Part shown: one piece after another, positions 25,972 to 41,261 of the stretch
Position numbering within the stretch: position 1 is the first letter of the stretch
Layout of the letters: the number at the start of each line of letters is the position of its first letter
From: Chrysomallon squamiferum
Lineage: Eukaryota; Animalia; Mollusca
DNA: 64,000 nucleotides
Direction: 5' to 3'
NCBI GenBank assembly: GCA_012295275.1
Contig: CM022678.1
Span: 3,100,001-3,164,000 of the forward strand
Program-made: the position numbers and the translations under genes
Notes under the pieces: generated by a model
Told to the model about the DNA's origin: nothing
Seen by the model: the letters and a program-made list of their open reading frames with translations, nothing else
Databases searched by the model: none

Positions 25972-27029
25972 CCCAAAAAGAAAAGTAAGAAAAAATAAAA
26001 AAATAAACAAATAAATAAATAAATGAATGAATAAATAATTTTAAAAAAAGTAAATGATAATAATTATTATTATTATAAAAAAAATACATTTAAAAACAAA
26101 GTTTACCCTAGTTAAAGTTACATTGCTGATTTTGTAATTTAAAATAACCATTAATTTTTTCATAAATATTTTTTATTATTATTATTTTAATTTTTTTTAT
26201 TTTTATTTATATATATATATATATATTATATATATTATTTTTTGGGGGCGGGATTATGTCACTGAGTTTTCATTTCTTTGAAGTTATTCTTTATTAGCCT
26301 GGTCTAAATTATTCCAGAAAGTTGATAACAGGTGAAAATAATGCTCCGTTGACTTTTTTCTTCAATTTGTTTTTGTTTGTTTTTGTTTTGTTTTTGTTGG
26401 TGTAACTGTTTCAAAGAAGTTCGTTCATCAAAAGCATAAATTTTAATTTTATTTTTATTTTACATGAACTGGAATAAATAAACTGGTTTAACAGTAAATA
26501 GAGAAACATAAACTGTTTTTATGAAGCATAATAATAACTAGACTGATTCAAGAACAAACGAGTAAAGCTTGAACTGATTTTTGTGAAGCGTAATATTGCC
26601 CAGGTCATCAGTGTATATTAAATTATTAGCAGACGTATAAAACGTTTTTTGTAAAATTAATAAAATATTGTTTACAAATTTATATTAATTTTCTTCTTTT
26701 TTCTTTACGATTTTAATTCCTATTAACCTCAGATTCTTTAAAAAAAAAAAAAAAAAATAATAATAATAATAATAAATTCGGTGTTAAATGAGTAGAGATA
26801 ATCCATAAACTGATGAATTATAATTTATTTATTTAATATTTACTATTTATTTATTTATTTGTTGTTTTTTTTTTTTTTTTTTTTTTTTTATTGTCATGGG
26901 TTAGATTTGGCAAATAACTGCAAGTTATGGTTTAAATTAATTTTTATCAGCACAGTGTAATACTGATAGTTATTACTCGTAGAGAGAGAGAGAGAGATAA
27001 CAACTTATATACAAAGAGAGACAGAGAGA

Positions 27030-27170
27030 GAAAAGAAGGAAGGAATGAATGAGAGAGAGATAAGCAAAGGAGTGAATGAGAGAGAGAGACAGAATGAAAT
27101 ATATACAGACAAATGCTGAGAGAGAGAAGAAGAGGGACAGAGACAGAGACAAATAAGAAGTAAAGGAGTG

Positions 27171-27239
<69 letters not shown>

Positions 27240-27365
27240 AATAAGAAGTAAAGGAGTGAATGAAAGAGAGAGAAAATGAAAAATATAGAGACAAATGCAG
27301 AGAAAGAGAAGAAGAGAGACAGACACAGAGAGAAGAAGGAAAGGAGTGAATGAAAGAGAGAGACC
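27030..27365. repeat. Compound GA-rich minisatellite
   Basis: aaggagtgaatga(g/a)agag recurs four times; aaatata(t/g)a(c/g)agacaaatgc and agacaaataagaagt each recur twice. Confidence 0.75.
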
Positions 27366-30025
27366 GACACACACACGATTACTTACAGAGAAAATGAGAG
27401 ATAAGCACATTACACTAAGATAAACCAATAAAATAAAATCTTGTTGTTCACAGAGAGTAACTCCGCTGTGGCGACTCATTGTGGGTCTGACTGTAATGGT
27501 GTTTACAAACCGTTGTTACAGATCGTATTTGGAAAACAAATTACACGCTTCGTAGAAAAGTTCTGGCGCTTTGCCTCGCAAAGAAAACACAGTTTGTATA
27601 AAAAATAATCTCGTAAATAAATTGCCCCATGTCCACTTGTATGTCCAGAGGGTTAATACAAAATTCTGCATGTTAAATCGAATGAGGAATTTAATTAAAA
27701 TTATCATGCTTTCGTTTTTATTTAGAAATTTCCGAAATGAGGTGAATCGGAAGGTATATAAGTTGATATATAATTCCCAGTTTTGATATTTGAAAATTAA
27801 TTTTTGGTTTACAGTCTAAACCGGAGTTTTATTAATTTATTAATTTATTATATGTATTTATTTATGTATGTTTGTATATATTTATGTATGTTTATATGTA
27901 TGTTTATGTATGTATGTATGTATATGTATATGTATGTATATATGTGTGTGTGTATGTATGTATGTATGTACGTATATATGTATGTATGTATGTACGTTTA
28001 TATGTATGTATATATGTGTGTGTGTGTGTACGTTTAAATGTTGTGTGCATGTATATAGGTAGTTATACATATATATATGTGTATGAATATCAGAGAATAA
28101 CTAACACAGGAACTAAAAACTAAAAATTCACACGTCATGCTAACTAAGCAGTCAGTGTATCTCACTGCGGTTCTTCACCTTTATCTACGCCTCCCATCTT
28201 TTGTACGACAACTGTTACCTACCTGAACCGGGTAACATATACTTTAACACGGGCAGAGAATAATGCCTGGCACAGGTAACAGCAAGGTGTTCCAGGTAAC
28301 ACTAATTAGCCGACCACAACAGCGACCACGTCTTTCGGTGTCACGTTACACAAAGCAAAGGCTTGAAGGGACAACTGACCACCTATAATGACCGCGCTGA
28401 GCCAGTAATTCCTTATCTGATCTGTTCAGCGGAGACAGGTCACTGCTGGGGTAGTGGGGTGGGGATTTCTGTGACTGGGTCTTTGCCCGTGTTTAAAGAC
28501 GATACTGATAAAAGGTGATTTATGTTTCAGGGAAGGCGTGCTTTGGCGTTATTTAGTATGAGTGCGAGTGTGTGTGTGGTATCATAGTTAAACATAATGA
28601 TAAAATACCATTACCACACTGAATAATATCAACAACAATAACAACAACAACAACAGAAACAACAAAAAATGAAAACAACAGTAACTATAATATCAACAAC
28701 AGCAAAAACAACCAGAATTAAATGACTTCATTTTGAACTGCGTTAAAAGAGAATTAGACTCCTAAGAGCTTCAGTTCATGTTCTCTATACTGAGACCCGC
28801 CCCACCCCCCCAAAAAATGTACACCCCCATCCCCGCCCTTAACTCCCAGAAACCTAAACATAAAATAAGAAAGCAACTCCAAGAAATGCAAGTCAGCAAG
28901 GAAGCAAACAAAGAAACAACAACAACAACGACAACAAAACCCACATAAAAAAAACCCACTGACTATAGATAGTACACACACACACACACACACACACATT
29001 CTTAACTCATTGCACAACAAGGTAATGACACGAGTTAAAACGCAACAGGGAAATCATTTCGAGGCGTTGACCTGTGCAAATATTTCTATCACATACACAC
29101 ACAGACACACAGACTCACAGACACGCCTTGTTGCAGTCGTCTGCAAACTGAAATCAGTTTTCTTAAGTCATCCCAGCAGGGAAGTTGTAGTAATCTGAAA
29201 AATATGATAATTAACTTCCAGCTTCCTTTTATGATGAACAAACTTGTGTGAAATGTTTCAGATAACACCCCAATGTGTAAAAAAAAAAAAAAAAAAAAAT
29301 GTTTTTTTAAAAGGTTTTCTTTCTTTCCACATGAATATTTATATATCTGCATTTTTTGTCTGTATGTATGGATGTATGTCTGTGTTTGTCTATGCATCTA
29401 TATATGAAGAAGACGTGTATGTGTATGTATACGTGTATGTTGTGCGTATGTGTATGTGTGTACGTATGTGTATGTGTGTACGTATTCATGAATGTATGTA
29501 TGTGTGTACGTATGCATGTATGTATTATATAAGTGTGTGCAAACATGTAGAAATTATGATTATCATAACCAAAAAACAACAACAGTTGTAACAAACAAAC
29601 AAGTAAGTAAGCAAGCAAGTAAGTAAGTAAAGGTAAGTAAATAAAAACAATGGAAGATATATTTGTAAATTTGTTACATTAGTAAATTCGTCACGTTTCT
29701 GTGTCGCACATCGTCTTTTGTTGAAGCAGGTGAGCAGATAACATCAAGTCTCTTTCATATTCACACGTTATGTTAATTTCATACCCACTTTTCTTTTTCA
29801 CAGCTACACAAGAAAGCTCCCCGAAAAAAGGTAAGTAACAAAGAAAAGAAAGACTGATCTATCTGAAGCATAAATCTTCCATATTTAATGTCACTTTGAA
29901 AAAGAGACAAAAATATCAGTTATTTTTATTTATTCATTTATTTTTTTTATTTCTTTCTTTTCTTTTCATATTTTTTCTTTTCTTTTCTTTTTTTATTTTT
30001 TTTTTCTTTTTTCTTTTCTTTTTTT

Positions 30026-30056
<31 letters not shown>

Positions 30057-30384
30057 AGACGAATGAGAATTTGATGTCGCGTATGAACACAAGAATTCCA
30101 GTCATGTAAATTGCTCTTTGTTGATACGCTTAATTAGAAAAAGTATGGATTAAAAAAAAAAAAATAATAAATACCGCCGAAATCCCAGTCTAATGTACAT
30201 TAAAAACAGGCTTATCGGAGTAATTAAAGTCAAATGTATGAAGATCAAAAACATTTTAATGCATTAGTAAAAACAAAATCTATATATATATAAATTCTTA
30301 AAATTTGTCTTTTTAAAAAAAAATTTCCGTTTCATTTCCGAGATTTCTGACATTTTTAAAATTATCTATCTATCTATCTATCTA

Positions 30385-30429
<45 letters not shown>

Positions 30430-31041
30430 GTATCTTGTTGTCTTGTTTTGTTAATTAGATGGGCTGAGCTGGATTCAATTTATTTTTAAAATTTCAATGA
30501 AAGAAATACCTGTATGATGTGTCTGTGTTTCTGTGCGTCTGACTGTCTGTCTCTCGCGGACATTTACAGTTATAATGAGAAAATTGAAACTAAATAGAAT
30601 CTGTCTATCTCTCCATCTATCTGTCTATCATTTGTCTGTCTATCAACATTTCTATCTATCTAGCTACCTACCTATCTTTCTATTTGTCTGTCTTTCTGTC
30701 GGTATGTCTATCTATCTATCTATCTATCTTTGTCTCTCTGTTTATCTATCTACCTATCTATCTGTATGTATGAATGTATGTATGTATGTATATATGTGTG
30801 TGTGTGTGTTTGTGTCTGTACATCTGTATGTAAGCGTGTCTATGTTTCTATGTATGTATGCATCTATCTCTCTGTCTGCCTCTTCATCTACTGGTTTCAG
30901 TTAATAGTATTTGTATCAGTAAAATGATGATGTGAAGGAAAAAAACAGCCATGCAATACACCTATCAGTTAACAACCAGGAATCTTTGACATGCAAATAC
31001 GTGAACAATACAAATAACAAATAACTAAAAAACAAAACACG

Positions 31042-31075
<34 letters not shown>

Positions 31076-31419
31076 CAACGAAACAACAAGAAAAATGTTA
31101 TTAATATCTGGTAGACAAAGCAATCTTACCCCTCATCTTCACTTTCAACACCACAAATTAAACTGTCAGTTTTATTTTGAATGTGCAGATTAGTACGTGA
31201 CGTCATAACTTTATAAGTATTACAAGCTAGACCTCAGAAGGAATAACTCCAGCTATTTAAGGATACAAAACGAAAATACAGATAACAAATAATACAAAAC
31301 AAAATTTTAACTATTTGTTAAAACTAAAGTACAGTTAAATATTAATTATATATATATATATATGTCATTCTAGAACAAAACACACACATACACAGACAGA
31401 CACACACACACACACATAC

Positions 31420-31650
31420 ACACACACGATCATACAAACAGAGATACACACACACATAAAGACAATTATACACACAAACCAATACAATGATATAAACACA
31501 CATAAACACAGACGCACATAACACACACACACACACAAGCACACATACGATCATACAAACACAGATACACACACATAAAGACAGTTATACATACAAACAC
31601 CAGTACAATGATATAAACACACATAAACACAGACGCATATAGCACACAAA
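31420..31650. repeat. Tandem duplication (~120 bp x2), CA-rich
   Basis: cgatcatacaaac...agatacacac...taaagaca...tacaatgatataaacacacataaacacagacgca is present twice. Confidence 0.8.
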
Positions 31651-32283
31651 CACACACGTACAGCGATATTGTCTAACCTTCTACCTTTTTATTTACAAAT
31701 TTATAAACGGGTGTAGGTTATCATCTAAGATATCGTGTGACTGGTACCAAATTTCTCTGTCGTTAGGGAAAAAAGCAGACATAAATCAGTTACAGTATCA
31801 TTGCCTATCAGGTTATTACGTAATACTGACTTTCTGTCGCCGTATTTCCGACCTCCGAACTAAGAGCACCGCAACTCGTATTTTTTTTTTTCTGAAGGTC
31901 TGGGAAAACATTTTGTTTTCTTTGATCTTTTTAATATCAATTTTATTTACATATTTTTTTTTTTTTTTTTTTTTTCTTTATTTTTAAAAATGTCTGAATT
32001 TTGACAATTAATGTAGATAAACCATTTTTTTTTTTTTTTTTTTGTCGTATTTTTTTTTTTTTTTTTTTGGTTGCTCTACATTTGAGCAAGGAAAATCTAT
32101 AATTTGAGAAACAAAGGGCGTTGTAAAGATCGTGATGTACGAGGAGATGAATGCTATACTTACTTTCCGCTTTCTTTTCGTCTGTGAATATCTTTCTAAT
32201 TGTCTTCTGTCCTATTGTCTGGGTGTCCGTTTGTATGTCTGTCTGTTTTCTGTATATTTACCGTTTTACATGTACGTTAATAC

Positions 32284-32685
<402 letters not shown>

Positions 32686-33679
32686 ATAGAAATACATAAA
32701 TTATAATAATAAAATAAAAATAATAATATTATTAATAATAATAATATTAAAAAACAAAGAAAGAAAAAAGAAGGAAAATACCATGACAACCCCCAAAAAA
32801 AGAACAACAAAAAAGAGGAGTGTACAACCATGTGTTATCTTTGTGTTCTGAATGTCAAACATTTCTAAGACTCCATATTAAAAATATCCCTTATCTTCAC
32901 TACGCCCTTTTTGTAATTTGCGATTTTATTTAATTATTTGTTTCGTTTTGTTTGTTTTTAGGTTATTTGATAAAAACTGTGAGTGTTGTGAAATGTGAAA
33001 AAATTAAATAATAATAATCGAAAATTCCTTAATGGCAGTATTCGACATAGGTCTTTTATTATTATTATTATTATTATAATTATTATTATTTAATGTCATC
33101 TAAATAAAATAACAACAGACCCTCAGATAAAATTTTAAAAACCCAAAACCGCTCAGAAAATGTAAGTCTAATAAAATAAAATGAAATAAAAATAAATTAA
33201 AGATAAATAAATAAATAAAATAAAATAAAATAAAATAAAATAAAATAAAATAAAATAAAACAAAACAAAACAAAATAAAATAAATAAATAAATAAATAAA
33301 AGAAAAGAAAAAAGAAAAATGAAAATTTATTGAATATCGTGTACAATAATTAACAACAAATGTCTTTGAAATATTATTTTTAGACGACAGAATGGAATCC
33401 ATTTTCTAAAACTATAAATTTTGAACTGAATTGTCAAACGAAACTGGATTAGGTTACATTAAAAATGACATATATAATATATCCAAATAATAAATAATAA
33501 TAATAATAATAATAATAACAATCATGATGATGATGATGATAATAATAACAAAATTTTAAAAAAAATGTTTTACTATATATGAATGTCCGTTATAAACAAA
33601 ATTTAAAATTATGGTATGTTGTAAAGATTAATTTTGAAAATTAGAAGTTTTAAAATATGTTTGTTGTTACTTTCGTTGT

Positions 33680-33833
33680 TTTTCAGTACCTAGATTTCTG
33701 TTTTTCAGTATCTAGATTTCTGTATTTTCAGTATCTAGAGTTCTGTATTTTCAGTACCTAGATTTCTGTATTTTCAGTACCTAGATTTCTGGTTTTCAGT
33801 ATCTAGATTTCTGTCTTTTCAGTACCTAGATTT
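33680..33833. repeat. Minisatellite, 22-23-bp unit x7
   Basis: Unit tattttcagta(c/t)ctagatttctg repeated seven times. Confidence 0.9.
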
Positions 33834-33951
33834 CCAGTGTGTTTCTCAAACTATCTAATTTTGTGTTCATATTTAATCAGCTTCTTCATTAAATACAATA
33901 ACACACACAATATATATGTATGTATGTGTGTGTGTTTGTGTGTGTATATAC

Positions 33952-33982
<31 letters not shown>

Positions 33983-34815
33983 GATACATTGATAAATAAA
34001 TAAACAGATCACCAGACAGACATACAGATAGACAGATAAATGAATGGATGGATGGACAGATAGACAGATATACATTGCATATATACACCCATACACACAC
34101 ATTTGACACCTAACAGCTGATGATATGTTCTAATAATGTCATTATACACTTGTTACACTTCCAATATCCTATGATACAAATGTAAACATGTGTTTTGATA
34201 GTACTGTTAACAAATTCTCAATATTCAGTAATCAAACATCACAGAACTGCTTAACATATGACACCACACTCATATTACAAAACAGAATAGACTTTGACAC
34301 TGTTAAAAAAAACTAAAAACTTCAACATTGTTTCTTAAGACAGATCTGTAAACACGCAGATAACACATCGAGGGAGGAAAATAAATAATAATAATTAAAA
34401 AAAAAAAAGCTGACGTATAATTCATATTACAAAATAAAAGAAACAGTGACTGTGGTGAATAAAACAAACTTTAACATTGTTTCTTAAAACAGATTTGCAA
34501 ACTCGCAAAACAACGAAACAAAAAAAAATCAAACGTCACTTACCTAGACTCGACGGTCGTCTGCTAGACTCATATCCACTGAAAAGCAGACGATAAGAGT
34601 GGCGAGTCACACGGCAGACGTGGATTTTTTTTTTTTTTTTAAAAACAATCTCTCAGAAAAACAATGTCGATGTGGTCAGCAAAACCGTGCTACTATCACA
34701 GCTATATATATATACGGTAAAGAAACAACAACAACAACAACAACAGCAAGAAGAAGAGGTTGTTTGTATGAAAGTCGTCGTTGAAGAATCCTTAAGACGT
34801 GTCGTCTTTTGTATC

Positions 34816-34847
<32 letters not shown>

Positions 34848-35744
34848 TTCAGTGGCGGATCATAAGAACATAGCCTCTAACACAAAAATAAGAAGGGTAG
34901 ACTTTTTTTTCTTCTTTTTTATTTTGTTCTGGAAATTTCCACTTCTCTTAAAATAGCATCGTTCCCGCCAATAGCCTATATTCGTATACACGACATTAAA
35001 AGTCTTTAAATATTATTTTCAGATTCCAAAGTAACGACATTGTTTAAGATTAATCTCACGTGAATTTGGCTCAGCTTTCGCCACGTCTCCAGTTTAACCC
35101 ACCCCACCACCCCCACGTCCTTGTTCGGCCCGCTCCTTGCTCCCTTTTCAGTGGACTCGCCCAAGCATGATAAAACCACCGCCACCGTTAAAACTGTGCG
35201 CGCATGAATAATACTCGAGGTTTTTACAAAAACAGGATTTTCGGGAATTAGGATTTTTATAGAGAATTATTTACCTTTAATTTTACGCGATACCGCGTTT
35301 TTTTTTTCTGACTAAAACCAGATCAGCTGTAGACTTCCGCGACACGGTTCACGAATTTATTTCTGAAAATAGTAATATATTAAAAATCAAGTATTAAAAT
35401 ATTCAACAATGAGTCTGAAGTTATCTTGTTACAGATTTTACAGGGTCGGTGCAAAATATCTTAGGATGGGGGAGGTATTTTGTTGTGAGAAATTGGCATG
35501 AATAAATAATACGGATTGGAAGAAAATACTACCACAGCAACTATTACTACTACTACTAGTAATACTATTTGTAATAACAGTATAAGTGATAATAGTAGAA
35601 ATAGTAGTAGTAGTAGTTGCAGCAGTAGCAGTGTCAACTATCTGTCGTGGAGTAGTAGTAGTAGTAGCAGTAATAGTAGTAGCAGTAGCTGTGATATTAT
35701 TAGTTCTAATTACTGAAAAATAAAACAAATGTGGTAATGGTAGT

Positions 35745-35950
35745 ACTTGTAGTTGTATTGATCGGTAGATAGATGCAGTTGTGGTAGTTGTAGTTGTTGC
35801 ACTTGTATTAAACGGCTGACCGAGGCAGTTGTGGTGGTTGTACTGAACGGCAGATCGATGCAGTTGTGGTAGGTGTAATTGTTGTTTTAGTTGTTACTGG
35901 ACACTAGATCGATACATTTGTGGTAGTTGTAGTTGTTCTAGTGGTTGTAG
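35745..35950. repeat. Degenerate minisatellite (gatcgatgcagttgtggtagttgtagttgtt) x4
   Basis: Four diverged copies of gcagttgtggt(a/g)g. Confidence 0.7.
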
Positions 35951-36116
35951 CTGTAATATAAACAGTACAGTGTCACTATGTCATATTTTGTGGTCGAGTA
36001 ACAAGAAATATCTTTGACTTGGAGTATGGAATCGAACACGCTCATCTTTATTCTAATTAATAATACATGAGATCATCGTTCTCTTTAATAACACTGTTTC
36101 GTTAATGCGGCGAACA

Positions 36117-36196
36117 GTGGGCGTGTACAAGTAGGCGTGTACAGAAGTGGGCGGGAACCTTGTCCATTGTGCTGCTGACGAGTTTATGATTGGTCG
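36117..36196. promoter_or_regulatory. Candidate promoter cluster (GC boxes plus CCAAT)
   Basis: gtgggcgtgtac, gtaggcgtgtac, gtgggcggg and tgattggtc (CCAAT on - strand) within 80 bp, upstream of a candidate FAM167 5' exon. Confidence 0.35.
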
Positions 36197-36476
36197 TTAT
36201 GATTTACAATTGACAGGAACAAGAAAAGCTTTGGAAACAATGTTTTATATGTACTTGAAACTAAACGAGGCGAAAAGAGAAAAATGACTGAAGTATGCAA
36301 ACGAGTTTTTCGTTTTTTCACTTGGTACAAATGATTTACAAAGACACCTGTTCTTTCCCTGACCTTGTATACTTTGTCGTTAATGCGGCGACATCGTCAA
36401 CAACGACAGCAACATAAACAGTACAAGAGGCAACAACAATATGAACGACATACCATTTATGAACTACAGAGTAATG

Positions 36477-36511
<35 letters not shown>

Positions 36512-36862
36512 CATTATCATCATCATCATCATAATAATAATAATAATAACCATAATAATAAGCATTGTCACCATCAGTCCCCTTCTATTTTCCCCTTTTT
36601 TGCTATTTTCTAATATAAATGTCCTGTTTTATATATATGTGTACTTATAAATTATTCTATTCGCGGGTTAGGCACACACACACCACACGTCATAACGTCA
36701 CAAATGCAAACACACACAAATTTTTCAAATACACACACACACATATTTTTTGTGACCGTGTATTATTAAGAAAATTATTACCTGAACTAATATAAATTTG
36801 TTCCAAATACATATGGAAATAAAAACGACTTTACGATATATCTAACTATATATGTGTGTGTG

Positions 36863-36924
<62 letters not shown>

Positions 36925-37596
36925 AACTGCAAAATATTCACATTCGCGGAGGGGTAAGAACAACCCCCGCGAATACATACACACACAAACACACACACAC
37001 AGATAACTATTTTACAAAGATAACATATAAATGTAGTCAATCTCCCCCCACCAGTAAACATAAACAAACAAGCAATCTATCCAAAACCCAGTAAGGATAA
37101 ACAAAGAAATAAACAAAACAACAACAACAACAACAAAAAAGATAGAACGAAAGAAAGAAAAGAAAAACGTCAAGAAACGAACTAATCTAAATAACATCAA
37201 CTTTTTATTGAGACATAAATAGCGTCTTGGAAATGTATCAAAATGTCGTCTTTAAAACAGGATTATCACTCGCAATTTACCAGTTGACGCGTTCTCGAAT
37301 TTCCTAATCGTAGATTAGTGTAAAGGATTTAAAGCTTTGTCACCGACAACTTACGAAACAAGCACTGTTAAACAGCGCGAAATGTTGGTACGTCAATGAC
37401 GATTTTTTTTTTTTTTTAAAGTGTGGCTAGAGATCTCATTAGTGTTCACGGGTCGATAACTCTTGACACTCGTAAATAATTGTGAGAGTAAATACCGGTA
37501 ACCGGTCTTAGCGTGAAATATATTATTATTTTTGTTACTGTCAGTTATTTATTGATTTATTTATTTATTTATTAAAGTTGTATTATTGATATCGTG

Positions 37597-37683
<87 letters not shown>

Positions 37684-38318
37684 AACACATATAAAGAATT
37701 TCCCTTCGCAAGGTCATCGCAGTGGCGCTTAAGAAACAAATAACTAAGCAAACAAATAAATAAATAAAAATTCTGGCTTATCAATCTTATTAAAAAATTT
37801 GCTTATTTCGTTGCACTGAAATAGCTCATATACCGAAAATTACGCTGTTTGTGGTTCACAGCGGGATTCAATGGGACCTCGTGTGTCTGCCATCATTAAC
37901 ACTCTTTTTTTCGTTGTCGGTCGAGAAGGTGCGTGACAAAATGTGAGAATAAAACATCGCTGTGAACCGTGCATTACGTATTAACAATTGGGTAATGAAA
38001 TTAACTTTTAGAAATACTGTTCGAGGAACTTGAAGCAGAAGAATCGACATTTGTGAGTACATTTTTTAGTGTAAAGATTTCGACAACGATTACGGAGTTA
38101 GCAAGGTTTCACTGTTTCACATTTTATTACTCAGACCTCTTTCGTAATTATGTTTTTCTTTTCTTTTTTTTTCTTTAGATATTTCACAAATTTGTCTGTA
38201 TATTTATCTTTCACCCTATGGAGATGAAGGAATAAATTAAATAATAAATAAATAAAAGAATAAATGACAAACGAATAATATTTATTTAACGATGATTCCA
38301 TTTTTTTATTATTCTATC

Positions 38319-38372
<54 letters not shown>

Positions 38373-38680
38373 AAAAAATACTAAATAAATTAATATTTTT
38401 TATTGTTGTACCTAAATATAATTTTATAAGTTACTTTTTTCTTCTTCTACTAAAACTCGAGTTAAAGACGACATATCCAGCCCTAGTAATCCGACAGGAG
38501 TTATCTTTCCAAAAATAAGCCATAACAAAACAAAATAAAGGAAAACAAAACGGTGATGTTCAACAAATTTTCTTTTCTTGCCATTGTTAGTTGGAAGTTA
38601 GCTGGTGTAATGTTTACATTAGTTCCGAACCGATAAACACACAGTTTCAATTAGTCCTTCGAAGGTCAACAGCCAGGAAC

Positions 38681-38715
<35 letters not shown>

Positions 38716-39150
38716 CTCTCCCAGATGTTTCGATCTAGCAGTACAGTAGCCTCTAGTCGTTCTCGTAATATTTAAAACTTTTTTCACAAAGGCTATATAT
38801 ATATATATATATATACACATACATGCACATACATATAAACGAACACATTCTTTAGTCAAATTAATTAATGTGTATATTTTCGACACATAGAATTTTATAT
38901 ATTATAACACTCTGACGATAATAATAACACAAACAACGATTTTCCTTTTTTATAAACAAAATCTTTATTCATATAAACAAAATATATTTATATAGGCTTA
39001 TATATTTTGCCAGAAAGTTACTAGCAGCACCTGTATAACAAATTTCGTGAAGTTTTGCATATTTATATTTATTTAGTATAAAATATTTACATACAGATAG
39101 TTGAAGGTTATAATGTTACTGGATGATATGAATCAGTAGTTATATATACA

Positions 39151-39254
39151 TACAGTCAAATCAACTTTCTAAGAGGGCCACCTTGATATTCGGCCAGAGT
39201 GCATTTTGTGATGGTCGGTCTCCTGAATGGCCGGTGTAGAGAGGTTTAGCTGTA
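39151..39254. mobile_element. pogo/Tigger-like MITE (~104 bp) with TA ends
   Basis: Starts TA-CAGTCAAA and ends TAGAGAGGTTTAGCTG-TA: imperfect CAGT..CTG terminal inverted repeats flanked by TA. Confidence 0.65.
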
Positions 39255-39714
39255 TGCATTATGGAGATAGAGAGACATAGACTCTTCATGATTGACCATT
39301 TAATTTAGTTTTTCTTTTTTTTTTACTTTAGGTGTTCGTGCGTGTGCGTGTGTGTGTGTAAAATCCTGCAATCGCTGTTCCTTATGACAAGATGTGATTA
39401 GACAAATTTCTGTATTTTCGGGTACTGACCAAATATATAACGTTTTGGGACGGAATTATATTTACTTCGATAAATTACTCGATACTGACATCTATATATA
39501 TATATTGTTCAAATTACTCCTTTAGTGTTCAATTGCTGGTTCAAAAAACCCACAAAAAAACAACAAAAAAACATAATTTTTTTAATTGTTTTTCATTTTA
39601 AAAATGACTAATTGTTATTTACAAACTGTTTTATCGTAATGTACATCTTGAAGACGACAACAAAATCAATCAGTTAATTTCATTTAGTTTTTGTATTATT
39701 TAGGATTGCAGGAT

Positions 39715-39873
39715 ATAAGAAATAACTATTTACTATCTTAAGATATATCATCTTTATTTTGCACATGTCGAATTACGAATGAAGCTCGGCATAGCCTCGC
39801 TGCACTTCGTCATTCTAACATTCGCAGGATAAATCTGATATCTTAAAACAGTAAGTAACCAATGTTTTCTTAA
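39715..39873. mobile_element. Palindromic non-autonomous element (long imperfect hairpin)
   Basis: agaaataactatttactatcttaagatat at the left mirrors atatcttaaaacagtaagtaaccaatgttttct at the right. Inner arms acgaatgaag/cttcgtcattc surround a gctcggcatagcctcgc centre. Confidence 0.55.
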
Positions 39874-40413
39874 ATACATGTTACGGAACGATTATTGCGC
39901 ATGAATTGTAACGACAGATCTTTTTGAAAAGAAAAAAAAAAAGAAATGATAAATTCAGTGAATTCACAGATGTCGTTTTATGTTAAATTCCACCTCTTTT
40001 AGTAATGTTAGGAATTATTATTCTTTTTCTGTTTAACAGTTTTAAAGATGATGGTTATTATTACTATGTATTTCCATACTGAAACAAAAACATCTTTCCT
40101 ATTTATTGAATTATATTTTAGTTTGTAACCGAAATCCTATTTTCTTTTTTAATCCAGTGTAATCCATTGTTTTATATTTAGTTTCAGAGGAGTCCAATAT
40201 TCTTAACAATAAAGAATAAATATTATCAGTTTAACAAAAACAATATTTTCACCATTTAATAATACTGTGTATGTAGCAAGATTTTATTTCATGTTAAGTG
40301 ATATGTGACGAGTTATAAAATATTTAAGGGAAAAACATAACAAACGAGATTTCTAAACGAACCCGGTAAGGCAACAGAATGGTAGGTACATCGGTGTTCA
40401 TATACTGAACAAT

Positions 40414-40587
40414 AGTTTACAACACAGGAATTCATACAGAAACAATAATTAACATCGTGTTTACAATACAGGAATCCATACAGTAACATTTTTAGTAAAA
40501 TCATTAACAAATTGTTTACAACACAGGAATTGATACAGTAACGTCATTAACAAAGTGTTTACAATACAGGAATTCAAACAGTAACAA
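40414..40587. repeat. Minisatellite, ~44-bp unit x4
   Basis: gtttacaa(c/t)acaggaat..a(t/a)acag(t/a)aac repeated four times. Confidence 0.8.
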
Positions 40588-41192
40588 AGTTCCCTGACTT
40601 TTAACACAACCAGTGGCGTTCTGTTGCGACCAGACTTCGATCAGTTCCACAGAAACAAGTTACTTTCGTCTTATAAATAACAAACCTGGTGCGAAATTTC
40701 TTACCGAGGAATAAAACTGCTGTTACACCGTTTACCTAGAACGTACCAGCTAGACTTGCAAGAATAGTCAAGAGTAAAAAAACACTTGATTATTTTCTTT
40801 CTTTTGTTTTCAGACCTGTTTGTGAGGATTTGACGGAAACCTGGCCTAACACACCCTAACAACAATATGTATAAAGAAACAACAACAAAGGAACAATAGT
40901 TAAAGTTAAAATAAATTTTGACGTAGGAACAAAAAAGAATGAAATGTCAATAACGTGATAACACATGAAATGTTGATAAAGAGGTAACAAACAGTAAACT
41001 GTAATCTAGTCAGTTCTGGTTTTATGACGGTTTTATTTGGGTATATATTGTCACTGTGTGTGTGTATGTGTTTAGTGAGTTTATGTCTACGTCTGTAAGT
41101 GTTGTGCTATGTGTGTATAGGTGTGTGTCCGTTTTGTTTAAAAACCTCTACCCTCCGCTAAAATCACAACTTGTTTCTGCCGAGATATGTTT

Positions 41193-41261
<69 letters not shown>

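Noticed and set aside
33680-33833. Regular 23-bp repeats resembling a CRISPR array
   Set aside because: Head-to-tail units with no unique spacers, eukaryotic context and no cas genes; it is a minisatellite.
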